The notes under the pieces were generated by a model, which saw nothing but the letters and a program-made list of their open reading frames with translations, had not been told where the DNA came from and searched no databases. Positions 22,547-32,596 of a stretch of 64,000 bases of DNA are shown in pieces. The stretch lies in contig CAVZRV010000015.1 in the NCBI GenBank assembly GCA_963777605.1, forward strand, positions 160,284 to 224,283, read 5' to 3'. Each line of letters starts with the position of its first letter. Within the stretch, counting starts at the first letter, position 1. This DNA comes from an uncultured Acidobacteriota bacterium (GTDB taxonomy: Bacteria > Acidobacteriota > UBA6911 > RPQK01 > JAPXNP01). Both the position numbers and the translations under genes were made by a program.

Positions 22547-24631
22547 ATGTTCCGTAAATCTGATGGGCTGAAGGCATCGGTCGGCGCGTGCGTGCTGGGT
22601 CTTCTGCTGATACTGGTCCAAGGCTGTGGCACCGGAGAACCGGCCCACGAAGCGGTGCTGTTCAACGAGGACTTCTCCGGGCTGGAACCCGGCCTGTTTT
22701 CGGCTCCCGTTGGCCCTCATACCGAGTACCACTACCTTCCCGAGGCCGCACCGCGCGGCCGGTGGGCCGTCTCCTGCTTCACCTGGGAGAAAGGTTCGCA
22801 GTCAGCCTGGAAAGTCGAGGAAGAAGCAGGAGCCCATCGCCTGGTTCAGACCTTTGACAACCAGGAGTTCGATCACACCCATCCGATGGTGATCTCGGGC
22901 GACGAATTCTGGGGCGACTACACCCTTTCGGTTCGTTTTTCACCGCAGTCGGACCGGGATCAGAGCGGCATCGTCTTCCGCTACCGCAATGATCGCCGCT
23001 ATTACTTCTTCGGCTTCGAAAAGGGCCGGGTGGTATTGCGCAAGGTCGATGACGCCACCGGCTTCCACGAACCCAGAGTGGAGGTTCTCTCCGAGTCGAA
23101 TCTGGATTGGATCCCCGGGAAGTACTACACCGCAACCGTCCGACTCGACGGCGACCGGATCCGTGCCGGCATCGACGACCTGGTCAAGCTGGAAACGCGT
23201 GACGGGTCCTTCCCGAAGGGCAAGGTCGGCCTGCTGGCGGACGTCCCGACAAGCTACGCAGAAGTGTCCGTACTGACCAGCACGGAGGGAGAAGAGGAAG
23301 CCGAAAGTTTGCGCGATCAAAAAGAACTCGAGGAATCTCAACTGCAGGCGGCCAATCCGAAACCCAGGATCTGGAAGAAGATCTCAACCGAAGGCTTCGG
23401 GGCGGGCCGCAATTTGCGGTTCGGAGACCTGGACGGTGACGGGGTCACCGACGTCCTTATCGGGCAGGTCGTTCACCATGCCTGGCCAAGCGACAGTTAC
23501 AGCGAACTGAGTTGCCTGACCGCTATGACCTTCGAGGGCAAAGTCCTCTGGCAAACTGGGACTCCTGATCCGGAGAAGTGGCACCTTACGAACGATGTGG
23601 CTTTTCAGATTCACGACCTCGACGGGGATGGGCGGAACGAGGTGATCTACACAAAGGACTTCGAAATCGTCGTCGCCGACGGCGCAACGGGCCGGATCCG
23701 CTATCGAAAGCCGACTCCCAGAAGCAAGCCGCCGGCCGACCGGTATCCCCGCATTCTTGGAGACTGTCTCTACTTTTGCGACCTGCGTGGGACCGGGCGT
23801 GACAGCGACATCGTGATCAAGGATCGCTACTGGCACCTCTGGGCCCTCAATGACCGCCTCGAACTACTGTGGGAGGGGGAGTGCAAAACCGGACACTATC
23901 CCTATGCCTACGACGTGGACGGTGACGGCAAGGACGAACTGGCCATCGGCTACAGCCTGTTCGACGATGACGGGCGAAAACTCTGGAGCCTCGATGAGCA
24001 AGTGGATGACCACGCCGACGGGATCGCCATCCTGGATTTCCAGGATCCCCAGGCGCCTGGTCCGAAGATCCTCTTTGCCGCGAGCGATGCCGGCGTCTTC
24101 TACACCGACCTCCAGGGGAACATCCTCAAGCATCACTGGATCGGCCACGGGCAGAATCCTGCCGTCGCCGACTTTCGGCCCGACCTTCCGGGACTCGAAG
24201 CACTGTCGATCAATTTCTGGGGGAACCAGGGGATCATCCATTACTACACTGCGGCGGGGGACATTTACCACGACTTCGAACCCAACCAGTACGGAAGCAT
24301 GTGTCTTCCAGTCAACTGGACCGGCCAACCGGGAGAGTTCTTTGTCCACTCACCGAACGTGCGCGAGGGAGGGATGTACGACGGTTGGGGCCGGCGGGTT
24401 GTCCTGTTTCCAGCCGACGGCCACCCCGACATGTGCAATGCGGTTCTCGACATCACCGGAGACTGCCGGGATGAGGTCGTCGTCTGGGACCCGAAACAGA
24501 TCTGGGTCTACACCCAAGCCGACAATCCTCGAACGGGGCGGCTCTATCGTCCCCACCGGAATCCACTCTACAACTACTCCAATTACCAGGCCACGGTATC
24601 CCTTCCGGGATGGTCGGAGCCTGGCGAATGA
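22547..24631 (+). CDS. Lipoprotein: N-terminal DUF1080/lectin-like domain plus FG-GAP beta-propeller (PL11 rhamnogalacturonan-lyase-like)
   Basis: LVQGC lipobox; WGDYTL..SGIVFRY..GKVGL; repeated DLDGDG/DVDGDGKDE; TGHY, DHAD, GHGQ, DITGDCRDE. Confidence 0.7.
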   Translation: MFRKSDGLKASVGACVLGLLLILVQGCGTGEPAHEAVLFNEDFSGLEPGLFSAPVGPHTEYHYLPEAAPRGRWAVSCFTWEKGSQSAWKVEEEAGAHRLVQTFDNQEFDHTHPMVISGDEFWGDYTLSVRFSPQSDRDQSGIVFRYRNDRRYYFFGFEKGRVVLRKVDDATGFHEPRVEVLSESNLDWIPGKYYTATVRLDGDRIRAGIDDLVKLETRDGSFPKGKVGLLADVPTSYAEVSVLTSTEGEEEAESLRDQKELEESQLQAANPKPRIWKKISTEGFGAGRNLRFGDLDGDGVTDVLIGQVVHHAWPSDSYSELSCLTAMTFEGKVLWQTGTPDPEKWHLTNDVAFQIHDLDGDGRNEVIYTKDFEIVVADGATGRIRYRKPTPRSKPPADRYPRILGDCLYFCDLRGTGRDSDIVIKDRYWHLWALNDRLELLWEGECKTGHYPYAYDVDGDGKDELAIGYSLFDDDGRKLWSLDEQVDDHADGIAILDFQDPQAPGPKILFAASDAGVFYTDLQGNILKHHWIGHGQNPAVADFRPDLPGLEALSINFWGNQGIIHYYTAAGDIYHDFEPNQYGSMCLPVNWTGQPGEFFVHSPNVREGGMYDGWGRRVVLFPADGHPDMCNAVLDITGDCRDEVVVWDPKQIWVYTQADNPRTGRLYRPHRNPLYNYSNYQATVSLPGWSEPGE

Positions 24632-24633
24632 CG

Positions 24634-25494
24634 TTCAAGTTCAGCCCGGCACTCAATAGTTCCCCGGGGCTTTCCGCGCCCGGCCGAAAAACCAGGAACT
24701 CATCCAAGTCGAAGCTTCAAGTCAGCCCCGCCCACACGCCCTTGCGGATCATTCAGAGAGTGAAACTGGTGAAGGACCGCCAGATGAGCGCGCCAACGGC
24801 GCAGGGTCATTTTCAGCCCGGCGGCAACGCCCCGGGAATGGGAGTCGAGACGACAATACTGCACTGAAAGTGCGATTCAGTCCCGGTGGCGGCCACCTGC
24901 GAGATTCACGGGCCGCAAAGGAATCCGAGAGGCGAAGTTGCGCCTCCGGGGGTATTTGAATCGCGCTTTCATCGCTGCCTTGCGATCCAATCACCCGCGT
25001 CCCGGGGCCGTTGCCCCGGGCTCAGAATGAGTTTGCGCCTTCGGCGCGCAATTCACCCTGGATTCGTTTTCGATGCCCCAATCTCACGTTGGACGCACCC
25101 AACTTATCCAGTTCTTCCAAATTGAAGTTTCAGGTCAGCCCCGCCCCCGGCGCCGCCGGACCATTCAAAGAGTGAAACCGGGCACCTATGCCACCGGTCC
25201 GGATTCAGTACGCGAGAGGAGCGAGCGCGACTCCGGATGTTCATCGATTGCCCATTCTGGACCTTGTCTCCACCCGAACGGTTCCGGCCTTCGGCTTCAC
25301 TTCTGGTGGCCTGCGAGCGTCCGCAGTTGCGCTCGCTGACCCTCGCGTACTGAATGCGAAGTCTTGGCGCTTGCACCGAAAACCACGGACGCAGGGTATC
25401 TGCGATTGTCCCAAACTCAATCCATATTGGCCCAAGTCTTCCAGATCATCCAACCCATCCCAAGTCGAAGCTTCACGTCAGCCCGGCCCTCAAT
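24634..25494. repeat. Intergenic mosaic of dispersed repeat modules and two long palindromes
   Basis: TTCA(A/G/C)GT(T)CAGCCC at 24634, 24716, 25129 and 25472. Module B at 24716-24769 and 25129-25181. Inverted arms 24788-24836/25001-25049 and 25203-25242/25315-25355. Confidence 0.85.
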
Positions 25495-26698
25495 CATTTT
25501 TCCGGGGAGGCGCGATTCCGCCCGGTGGCGACGTATGGACCGTGCCGGTCAGCGACTTCATGAACTGAATCAGGTTCTCGAAGTCCTCCGGGTGCCCCCC
25601 GAAACTCGTCAGGCGGATCAGCCCGACTTTCGGGTCCAATGTCCCGACAACCGGCGTCCCGGTTCCCCGACCAACGTTCCAGTAGTGCTGGAGCACCGCG
25701 TCGAGGCTGGAAAAGACGCCGTTGTGCATGTAGGGAGCCGACAGCTCCACATTGCGCAGGCTGGGCGTCTTGAAGCGGCCCACGTCCGCACAGGAGGAGT
25801 GTAGAAAGCTCACCTCGGCTCGCCCGGGATCTACGTCATCCGCAACGCCTCCACAGATCCGAGCATTCTCGGGAAACATCCCCGCAGCTTCGAACCCGGC
25901 TCGGGGCACGGCAACGTTGTGGAAATCGGAGTCGGTGAAATTCGGTGGCTTGTGACATTCCGAACATCTTCCCCGACCGAAGAAGACCAGTGCGCCCCGC
26001 TTCTGCCGGGGAGATAGGGCCGAATTGTCTCCCTGAAGCCACCGGTCAAAGGGGGCGTCCCGGCTCACCAGGGTTCGTTCGTAGGCCGCGATCGCCTTCG
26101 CGACAGTCCCGGACGAGATTTCGCCCGCAAAGACGGCACCGAACGAGTCAGCATAATATCTTGCACTGCCCGAAAAGGACTGCCCGGTCAACGGGTGGGT
26201 TCCTGTGGACAGGTACGCAATGACGTTGTCCCAGGTATTGGCCATTTCTACCGGATCAACGACCGGGCCCAGGGCCTGCTGCTCGAGCGACTGAACCCGG
26301 CCGTCCCAGAAGTAGTGACTCTGGTAAGCCGAGTTGTAGAGAGAATTCGAATTTCTTCGGCCAGTCACTCCGGCACAGCCTCGCGAGACCCGGCGGCCGT
26401 CACTGAAACCGGATTCCGGAACGTGGCAGGTCGCACACGCAACGGTACCGCAGGCAGAAAGGTTCGGGTCGAAAAAGAGCGCCTCGCCCAGCCTGACCTT
26501 CTCCGGGGTGAGAGGATTGTTCTCGGGGTCGGCGGTAACGATCTCGAGCCGCGGGAATTCGTTCCGGATGCGCGTTCTCAGTTCGGCCACGGCCGGATTC
26601 GACTCCCGGCTCGAACGGGAACATCCGGTCCAAACCGGCAGCAATCCAAGCAGCACAGCGCATAGCACCAGATTGTATGCCAACTCATATCGTTTCAT
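25490..26698 (-). CDS. Di-heme cytochrome c peroxidase/MauG-family lipoprotein
   Basis: WTGC lipobox, LGEALFFDPNLS, CATCH, FWDGR..SLEQQ, PVEM, CSECH, FKTPSLRNV, APYMHNG. Confidence 0.92.
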   Translation of the reverse strand: MKRYELAYNLVLCAVLLGLLPVWTGCSRSSRESNPAVAELRTRIRNEFPRLEIVTADPENNPLTPEKVRLGEALFFDPNLSACGTVACATCHVPESGFSDGRRVSRGCAGVTGRRNSNSLYNSAYQSHYFWDGRVQSLEQQALGPVVDPVEMANTWDNVIAYLSTGTHPLTGQSFSGSARYYADSFGAVFAGEISSGTVAKAIAAYERTLVSRDAPFDRWLQGDNSALSPRQKRGALVFFGRGRCSECHKPPNFTDSDFHNVAVPRAGFEAAGMFPENARICGGVADDVDPGRAEVSFLHSSCADVGRFKTPSLRNVELSAPYMHNGVFSSLDAVLQHYWNVGRGTGTPVVGTLDPKVGLIRLTSFGGHPEDFENLIQFMKSLTGTVHTSPPGGIAPPRKND

Positions 26699-26773
26699 TT
26701 TGCTGACGCCGACTCGGGAGATGAGACAACAATACCTTTTTCCCGCGGTGATTTCGAGGGTTTTGAAACCGAC

Positions 26774-29620
26774 TCAGGCGATGCGACTCCGGCCGTCTTC
26801 CTTGGCTCGGTAGAGTGCTTCGTCGGCTCCCCGGACGAGACGTCCGATCGAAAGCGGTTCACCCTCTTCTTCCGACTGGTAGGTCGAAATTCCTCCTGAA
26901 ATCGTCACCTTGACCGGAGTCCCGGTGTTGGTCATGACGGTACTGTCCTCGACGGCCTGCTTGAGCCGGCGACAAACCTCCCACGCTCGCCCGTTCTCGG
27001 TGTCAGGCATGAGGAGGATGAATTCATCGCCACCCCACCGTCCCAGGGTATCCGTTGCCCGAACGACTTCTTGTCCAACTTTGGCAATTCGGATCAGCAC
27101 TCTGTCCCCAACATCGTGACCGTTGTCGTCATTGATCCCCTTGAAGAGATCCACATCGAACAGAAACACCGAGAACGGGTTGCCGGTCCGGCTCGCACGC
27201 GCCATCTCGCGCTCGAGCAGTTCACTGCATTTCCGCCGATTGGGCAGGAGTGTCAGGTCATCGGTCGTGGCGAGCAAGGCCATGGCATCCCGCTGCCTCT
27301 TGATCTCGACAGTCTGCTGATCGACCAGTTGCTCAAGTTTGGACTGGCGGGCCTTGAGCAACTGGACCCGGAATAGGCCGATGAAGACGCCACTGATGAT
27401 CAGTCCAAACACGAAGAGAGCCCGGGCATAGATGGTTTGCCACCACGCCGGTGAAACCACAACGAAAAGAGGTGTAGGAGCTTCACTCCAGCTGCCATTC
27501 TGGGGACGGCACTGAACCCGAAACGTGTATTCTCCGGGTGGAAGAGCGCTGTACTGCACTGATCCCCGGTTAGTCGGGGAGGACCAGTCGGAGTCGAAGC
27601 CGTCCAACCGGGAACGGAAGAACTGCTCCTGTTCGTTCCAGAAGCTCGGCGCGGCAAACTGGATCTCCAGGTTCCGAAAAGTGGACGGGAGTTCCAGCCG
27701 GCTCGGGAACCTTTGATTCTTTCCACTCACGCTGACCGTGCTGATTGCCGGGACTGCGACAGGAGGCGTACGAAGCAGGGAGGGCCGCACTAGGCTTACG
27801 TTGACCCCACCAAGCCAGACGACTCCCCGGCTGTCCAGAAGCGCCGCTCCGGTGTTGCACTCCCCAAGCGCGACTCCGTCGTAGAACCCGAAAAACTCGA
27901 AGTCGGATCCGTCGAACCTGCCGATTCCGCCGTTGCAGCCCAGCCAGATGGTGCCGTCAGCGGTTCGAACAAAATCGAAAAGCTGTTTCTGATCCGGCTG
28001 GTACCGATGCCACGCCGAACCCTTCAGGACAGCAAGTCCCCGGTCCGTCAGCACGACAAGTCCGTCATCCGTCTCGAGCAGGTTGCGAACCGACGAGACT
28101 TTCCAATCGGCGGGCAACAGCACTTCCGTCAACCGGGACTCCGGGTCCCATCGATAGAGCTTGGAACCCAGCAGCCAGACGCCTCCATCGCGGGCGGGGA
28201 GGGCCCGGGTGATGATGCGTGAACCATTGAGTGACTGGTTGAGCGGATGAGGAGTCAGACGATTGGTTTGGGGATCCAGCTGAAAGATTCCGTAGGAAGT
28301 ACAGATCCAGACCTCCCGGTCGTTCACCGGCATGACTTCGTACAGGTTGAGCAACTCGAGATCGGCCTGCGGGTAGGTGTTGAACTTCCGCCCGTCCCAT
28401 CGATAGAGCCCGCTGTACCCAAGGACCCAGACCTCGCCCCGGTCCGTGGCCTTGATGTCCACGATGCTTTGCTCGGGCAGGCCGTCGGCATCGGTCCAGA
28501 CCTTGGTCCGCCATTCGGGATCAACCGATACAATGCCGTCGTTGGTTCCCATCCAGACCGTTCCGTCCGGAAGTTCTTCGATCACCCAGACCGAATTGAC
28601 CGGAAAGTTCTTCTGCCACTTGAAATTCCGAAAGGCGGGCTGGCTTATCTTGTCGAGTCCGCTCTCCGTGGCCACCCAGAGAACCTGATCGCGATCGACC
28701 AGTAGGTCGATGGCGAAGCTATTCGACAGCCCCTGGTCTTCTGTCAGGGTCTCCACCTCCCCGTCGGCGAACCGTTGCAGTCCACAACTGCTCGCGATCC
28801 ACACGACTCCCTCGCCGTCAACCGCGAGCCGATAGGGATAATAGGGCTGGTTGCCCGATTGGGAAATGTCCCACGACCGGCATGCAGCCGTCGATTCGCA
28901 GTGAAACAGGCGACCCTGAGCTCCGACCAGCCAGAGATCCCCGTTGGGACCACGGGCCATAACCGATATCTCGGGAGAACTCCGATCATCGTTGTCCGGA
29001 AGGTCATACGGGTTCGCGGTGCCATTGTGAATCTGAAAGATCCCGTCCTCAGTAGACGCCAGAAAACCGGAACGTTCTTCCGTTTCAAGAATCGTCGTCA
29101 CTACCCCGGTCTTCCCGTCAAGCGGATAGAACGGGCCACTTACTCCGCTTCGGCTGACCCGGTAGTATCCCTTGTCTCCGGCGGCAATCACTTTGTGCCC
29201 CGCACCAACGCTATAGAGGAATGCGACGTGATCCTGCACCAGCAGGCGGTTGGGATCGGGAACGTTGGAAACTTCCCCGTCGCGGCTGATGAACTGGATG
29301 CCCTTCTGGGGAAAACTCAACCAGACGTACCCGTCTGCGGTTGCTACCAGGCTGCTTGGGCCTTCGCCGATCAAACCGTCGTCAGCGTCAAAGTTCTCGA
29401 ACGATCTTCCGTCGTAGGCCGAGACGCCAGCCGAATGCCCGATCCAAAGTCTCCCGTCGGCGCCTTGGGCCAGGCACGAAATATACGCAGACGGCAACCC
29501 GTCGCGGATGCCGTAGCGAACGATGGCCAACTCCTGCCCTCGAACCGGATAGAGGGAAAGAAGGATCAAGGCCAGGGCCATCACCATCAACTGTATTCTG
29601 GTAGCGAGACTTTTCTGCAC
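26774..29620 (-). CDS. Diguanylate cyclase with periplasmic regulator-propeller repeats and Y_Y_Y domain
   Basis: DGLPS/QGLSN/DGLPE propeller repeats, LDGFDSDW..YSALPPGEYTFRV, WWQT plus TM helix, TDDLTLLPNRR, DVDLFK, RATD I-site, GGDEF. Confidence 0.92.
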   Translation of the reverse strand: MQKSLATRIQLMVMALALILLSLYPVRGQELAIVRYGIRDGLPSAYISCLAQGADGRLWIGHSAGVSAYDGRSFENFDADDGLIGEGPSSLVATADGYVWLSFPQKGIQFISRDGEVSNVPDPNRLLVQDHVAFLYSVGAGHKVIAAGDKGYYRVSRSGVSGPFYPLDGKTGVVTTILETEERSGFLASTEDGIFQIHNGTANPYDLPDNDDRSSPEISVMARGPNGDLWLVGAQGRLFHCESTAACRSWDISQSGNQPYYPYRLAVDGEGVVWIASSCGLQRFADGEVETLTEDQGLSNSFAIDLLVDRDQVLWVATESGLDKISQPAFRNFKWQKNFPVNSVWVIEELPDGTVWMGTNDGIVSVDPEWRTKVWTDADGLPEQSIVDIKATDRGEVWVLGYSGLYRWDGRKFNTYPQADLELLNLYEVMPVNDREVWICTSYGIFQLDPQTNRLTPHPLNQSLNGSRIITRALPARDGGVWLLGSKLYRWDPESRLTEVLLPADWKVSSVRNLLETDDGLVVLTDRGLAVLKGSAWHRYQPDQKQLFDFVRTADGTIWLGCNGGIGRFDGSDFEFFGFYDGVALGECNTGAALLDSRGVVWLGGVNVSLVRPSLLRTPPVAVPAISTVSVSGKNQRFPSRLELPSTFRNLEIQFAAPSFWNEQEQFFRSRLDGFDSDWSSPTNRGSVQYSALPPGEYTFRVQCRPQNGSWSEAPTPLFVVVSPAWWQTIYARALFVFGLIISGVFIGLFRVQLLKARQSKLEQLVDQQTVEIKRQRDAMALLATTDDLTLLPNRRKCSELLEREMARASRTGNPFSVFLFDVDLFKGINDDNGHDVGDRVLIRIAKVGQEVVRATDTLGRWGGDEFILLMPDTENGRAWEVCRRLKQAVEDSTVMTNTGTPVKVTISGGISTYQSEEEGEPLSIGRLVRGADEALYRAKEDGRSRIA

Positions 29621-29781
29621 TGTCGGCCAATCGAATTCGACACGATGGGAACTGCGCGGGCGGCGTCACCGCACAACAGTCGACTCCAGCCCATTCATCG
29701 GCTCGACGGCATCCTGACTTTAGTTTCAAGTAAAGAATCGGGCTGAATTTCTCGACCCGGTGGCAAGTGTCCGGTCACGCA

Positions 29782-30397
29782 TCAACGGTACGACCGGCCG
29801 GCCAGGCGCAGTGACTGGCCGTTGGAATAGGTATCCAGGGCCCATCGGTCTTCGAGGTCTTTCCATTCGAGGAGGTAGTCGGCCAGCAGCAGGCGGTTGC
29901 CCGATGTCGTCACGTCGCCTTGATCGGTCCGATAGTTGAAGTAGTAAAAAGGCAGGACGATCTCTGACCGGGCGATTCCCGGTTCTTCGTCGATCGAGAC
30001 CCGCTTGACGAGCCGGCCGATCAGTCGTCCATCCCGGCTGTGCAGGGGGAGGTCGCGGAAGGTTTCCTCGGGAGACAGACGCAATCAGATAGTTGGTCAG
30101 CGGAAAGTAGGGACTGCTCTCTGTGGGGCTGAAAATATCGGAGAACTTCAGGGCGCAGGAACGTCCCTGCAAGGCCTTGCGCAGCAGGATGAAGGTCCGA
30201 TCGACCTGTTCCGAACTGCTCGGCGTCAACACTCCGTGGTCGGTCTCCAACCGCACCGGAAGCCCGAACGATTCAACTACGCCGAGGCAGGACCCTTCGC
30301 CCGCGTACAGCGTCGGGTCTTCCGGCTGGGCAAATCCACTGGAGGTCAAAAATCCGACGGTTAACACAATCAGAATAAAAGGCAGGTATCTGTTCAT
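29782..30397 (-). CDS. Secreted hypothetical protein, frameshift near 30080
   Basis: Signal peptide MNRYLPFILIVLTVGFLTSSGFA; the protein-like reading continues in ORF 29782-30084. Confidence 0.55.
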
Positions 30398-30931
30398 AGA
30401 GTGCTCCTCGAAACACTCTACCCACGCTTACCCGCAAAATTCTGTGATCTCGACAACAGATACACCACTATCCCGCAAAGACCTTGGCTGGCCCATGTCC
30501 GGTCTGTCCCATCGGCCCCCCACGTCATCTCTTCCACCGTAGGCAGTGGATTCCAGGTTGTCCCCCCAGTCGATCCAATGAATTGAGAGCGGGTTGCCAC
30601 TGACTTCCGCGCTGTCCGCCCTCCAGCAGTTGCAGGGATCCTTTTGGAGAAAGGCACGGACCAGGTCCGCCCCATTCTCCACAGCCTTTGAGACCCCCTC
30701 CGCCCAGAGTACCGGGCAGGAGAGATTGTTGCCGGCGACCTCGGCGTGGCCACCTCCCCCCGGAGTTGACTTCAACCCCTGGCAAGGTAAGCCTGACTTA
30801 AGAGTCTGGTTTGCGGCCGCAACAGGCCAGGCCGGCAACTCGATAAACCGCTTGATTTCGTCTAATATCACCTGGCCGGCATTGCCGGGATCTCGCGTCT
30901 TCCGGTGCGACTGTGGTATAGCCGTGAGGCA

Positions 30932-32596
30932 GTGGAATTGACTCACGATTGGAAGTCACAGTTGGGACGTTCCAGCCTGGCCGTGCCGCTGCTGCTGATC
31001 CTTGTCACGCTCTGTTTTCTGCCCGGCATCACCCCGAGCCTTTCAGGTGATGACTTCGTGCATGTCTACAGGAACCGGCAGCCGTTTCCCGCTGCATTCA
31101 GCGCATTCACGGCGCAGGACGGGCGCGAGTACCGGCCCCTGGTCCGGTTGTCACTGGCACTGGACAGCCAAATCTGGGGAGCCCGTTATCAGGGCTTTCA
31201 CGTCACCAACCTGCTGCTTCATCTGGCTACGGTCCTTCTGGTCTACCAGCTCTCACGCAGGTTGTTGCCGGGAAGATTTCCTCCCCTGCTGGCAGCGGCG
31301 CTCTTCGCACTCCATCCCGTCCATTCCTATTCCGTAAACGGGATCATGGGCAGAACCGACCTGCTCTGTGCCCTCTTCCTTGTGTCGGCCACACTGGCAT
31401 CCTTGCGTGGCGCCTGGGTTATTGCCCTGCTTTTGTTCCTGGCCGCCCTCTTGAGCAAGGAAGTTGCGCTGGCTTTTCCGCTGCTGCTCCTGTTATGGAC
31501 TCCGTTTCGGGACAGTGATCGCCGGCGAACGCTTCTCGCATCACTGGCCGGTTCGTTCATCCTCACGATCAGCTATCTCGCGGTCCGATTGACCCTGCTG
31601 GCCCCGTCGCATTCGGATCTGGCGGTGTACCTCCAGTTCTCAGGCATCCAGGTCGTCAAGAACATCGTCTTCTACGGTGGTGCACTGTTGATCCCGGCGG
31701 GGCAGTTCGAGCTTCGGGCGCTGGCCGAAACCGAGCCGTTCGCAGCCGCAGCTCTGGGATTCGGTGCCGTGGCAGTTGGCTTCGCCGTGTTCTGGCCGAT
31801 CCGGCGCTCTCTGCTCAAGTCCCCCGAAGTCGGGATGGCGCTGGTCTGGACGGCAGTATTTCTTCTACCGGTCCTGCTTCTCTTTCAGAGGCGGTATCTC
31901 TACATCCCGTCCATCGGGTTCAGCATTCTGATCGCATGGGGCCTCTCCCACATCAAGCGACCGGTCGGGATGCTGATCGGGATCCTGATTGTGACGGCGT
32001 TTGCCGGAATCACCCTGAGCGCGGCAGCGACCTGGCGAGAGGCCGCACGGGAGGTGAACCGGAACCTGGAGAAACTGGTGCCGATCGTTCGGAAACACGC
32101 ATCAGACCGCGTGTTCGTCGCTAATGTTCCCAACGGACTGGGGGAAGCCCATCTCTTCACGCATGATTCACTCCGTTTCGCCATCGGTCTTCAGACCGGT
32201 TCGCTTCCCCGCCTGGCAAGCCTGACGAGGGTTCAACTGCGCCCCGGATCTTCCTGGCAGACGAAAACTCAGGGTAACTCCATCTTGACGGAAATCGTCC
32301 CCGGTCCAGAGACTTACTTTGTGTTCGACGCGCCGGAGTTTCTTCCCAGAGGCGGTCGATTTCTCCCCGTGGGAACCGAATTCAACAAGGGACCATTCCA
32401 GATCCGGGTAGCCGAAACCGACCTGGCGGGGCGAGTATCGAAATTGGAGGTTGACTGGAAAACGCTTCCAGCCGGTTCAATCGTAGTAGTGATCGAACCG
32501 GATTCCTCAAACCCGGTTCTCATTCCGGGCCCAGCGGCCTCACAAGACCGGGCAGGCCCGGCCCCGGAGATCGAGCCGGGAGGTTCCCAACGTTGA
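30932..32596 (+). CDS. GT-C-fold multi-TM glycosyltransferase (TMTC/PMT-like membrane domain)
   Basis: SGDDF, YRPL, WG..YQGFHVTNLLLH, LFALHPVH, GRTDLL, LLSKE, RYLYIPS. Confidence 0.78.
   Translation: MELTHDWKSQLGRSSLAVPLLLILVTLCFLPGITPSLSGDDFVHVYRNRQPFPAAFSAFTAQDGREYRPLVRLSLALDSQIWGARYQGFHVTNLLLHLATVLLVYQLSRRLLPGRFPPLLAAALFALHPVHSYSVNGIMGRTDLLCALFLVSATLASLRGAWVIALLLFLAALLSKEVALAFPLLLLLWTPFRDSDRRRTLLASLAGSFILTISYLAVRLTLLAPSHSDLAVYLQFSGIQVVKNIVFYGGALLIPAGQFELRALAETEPFAAAALGFGAVAVGFAVFWPIRRSLLKSPEVGMALVWTAVFLLPVLLLFQRRYLYIPSIGFSILIAWGLSHIKRPVGMLIGILIVTAFAGITLSAAATWREAAREVNRNLEKLVPIVRKHASDRVFVANVPNGLGEAHLFTHDSLRFAIGLQTGSLPRLASLTRVQLRPGSSWQTKTQGNSILTEIVPGPETYFVFDAPEFLPRGGRFLPVGTEFNKGPFQIRVAETDLAGRVSKLEVDWKTLPAGSIVVVIEPDSSNPVLIPGPAASQDRAGPAPEIEPGGSQR

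Noticed and set aside
24634-25494. Possible degenerate CRISPR array
   Set aside because: Repeat spacing is irregular (about 82, 413 and 343 bp), the copies diverge, and there are no cas genes.
30428-30946. 172-aa minus-strand ORF containing GNNLSCPVLWAEG and IDWGDNLES
   Set aside because: The middle looks protein-like and may be a gene remnant, but it has no credible start or RBS and I cannot name a family; blastx would decide.
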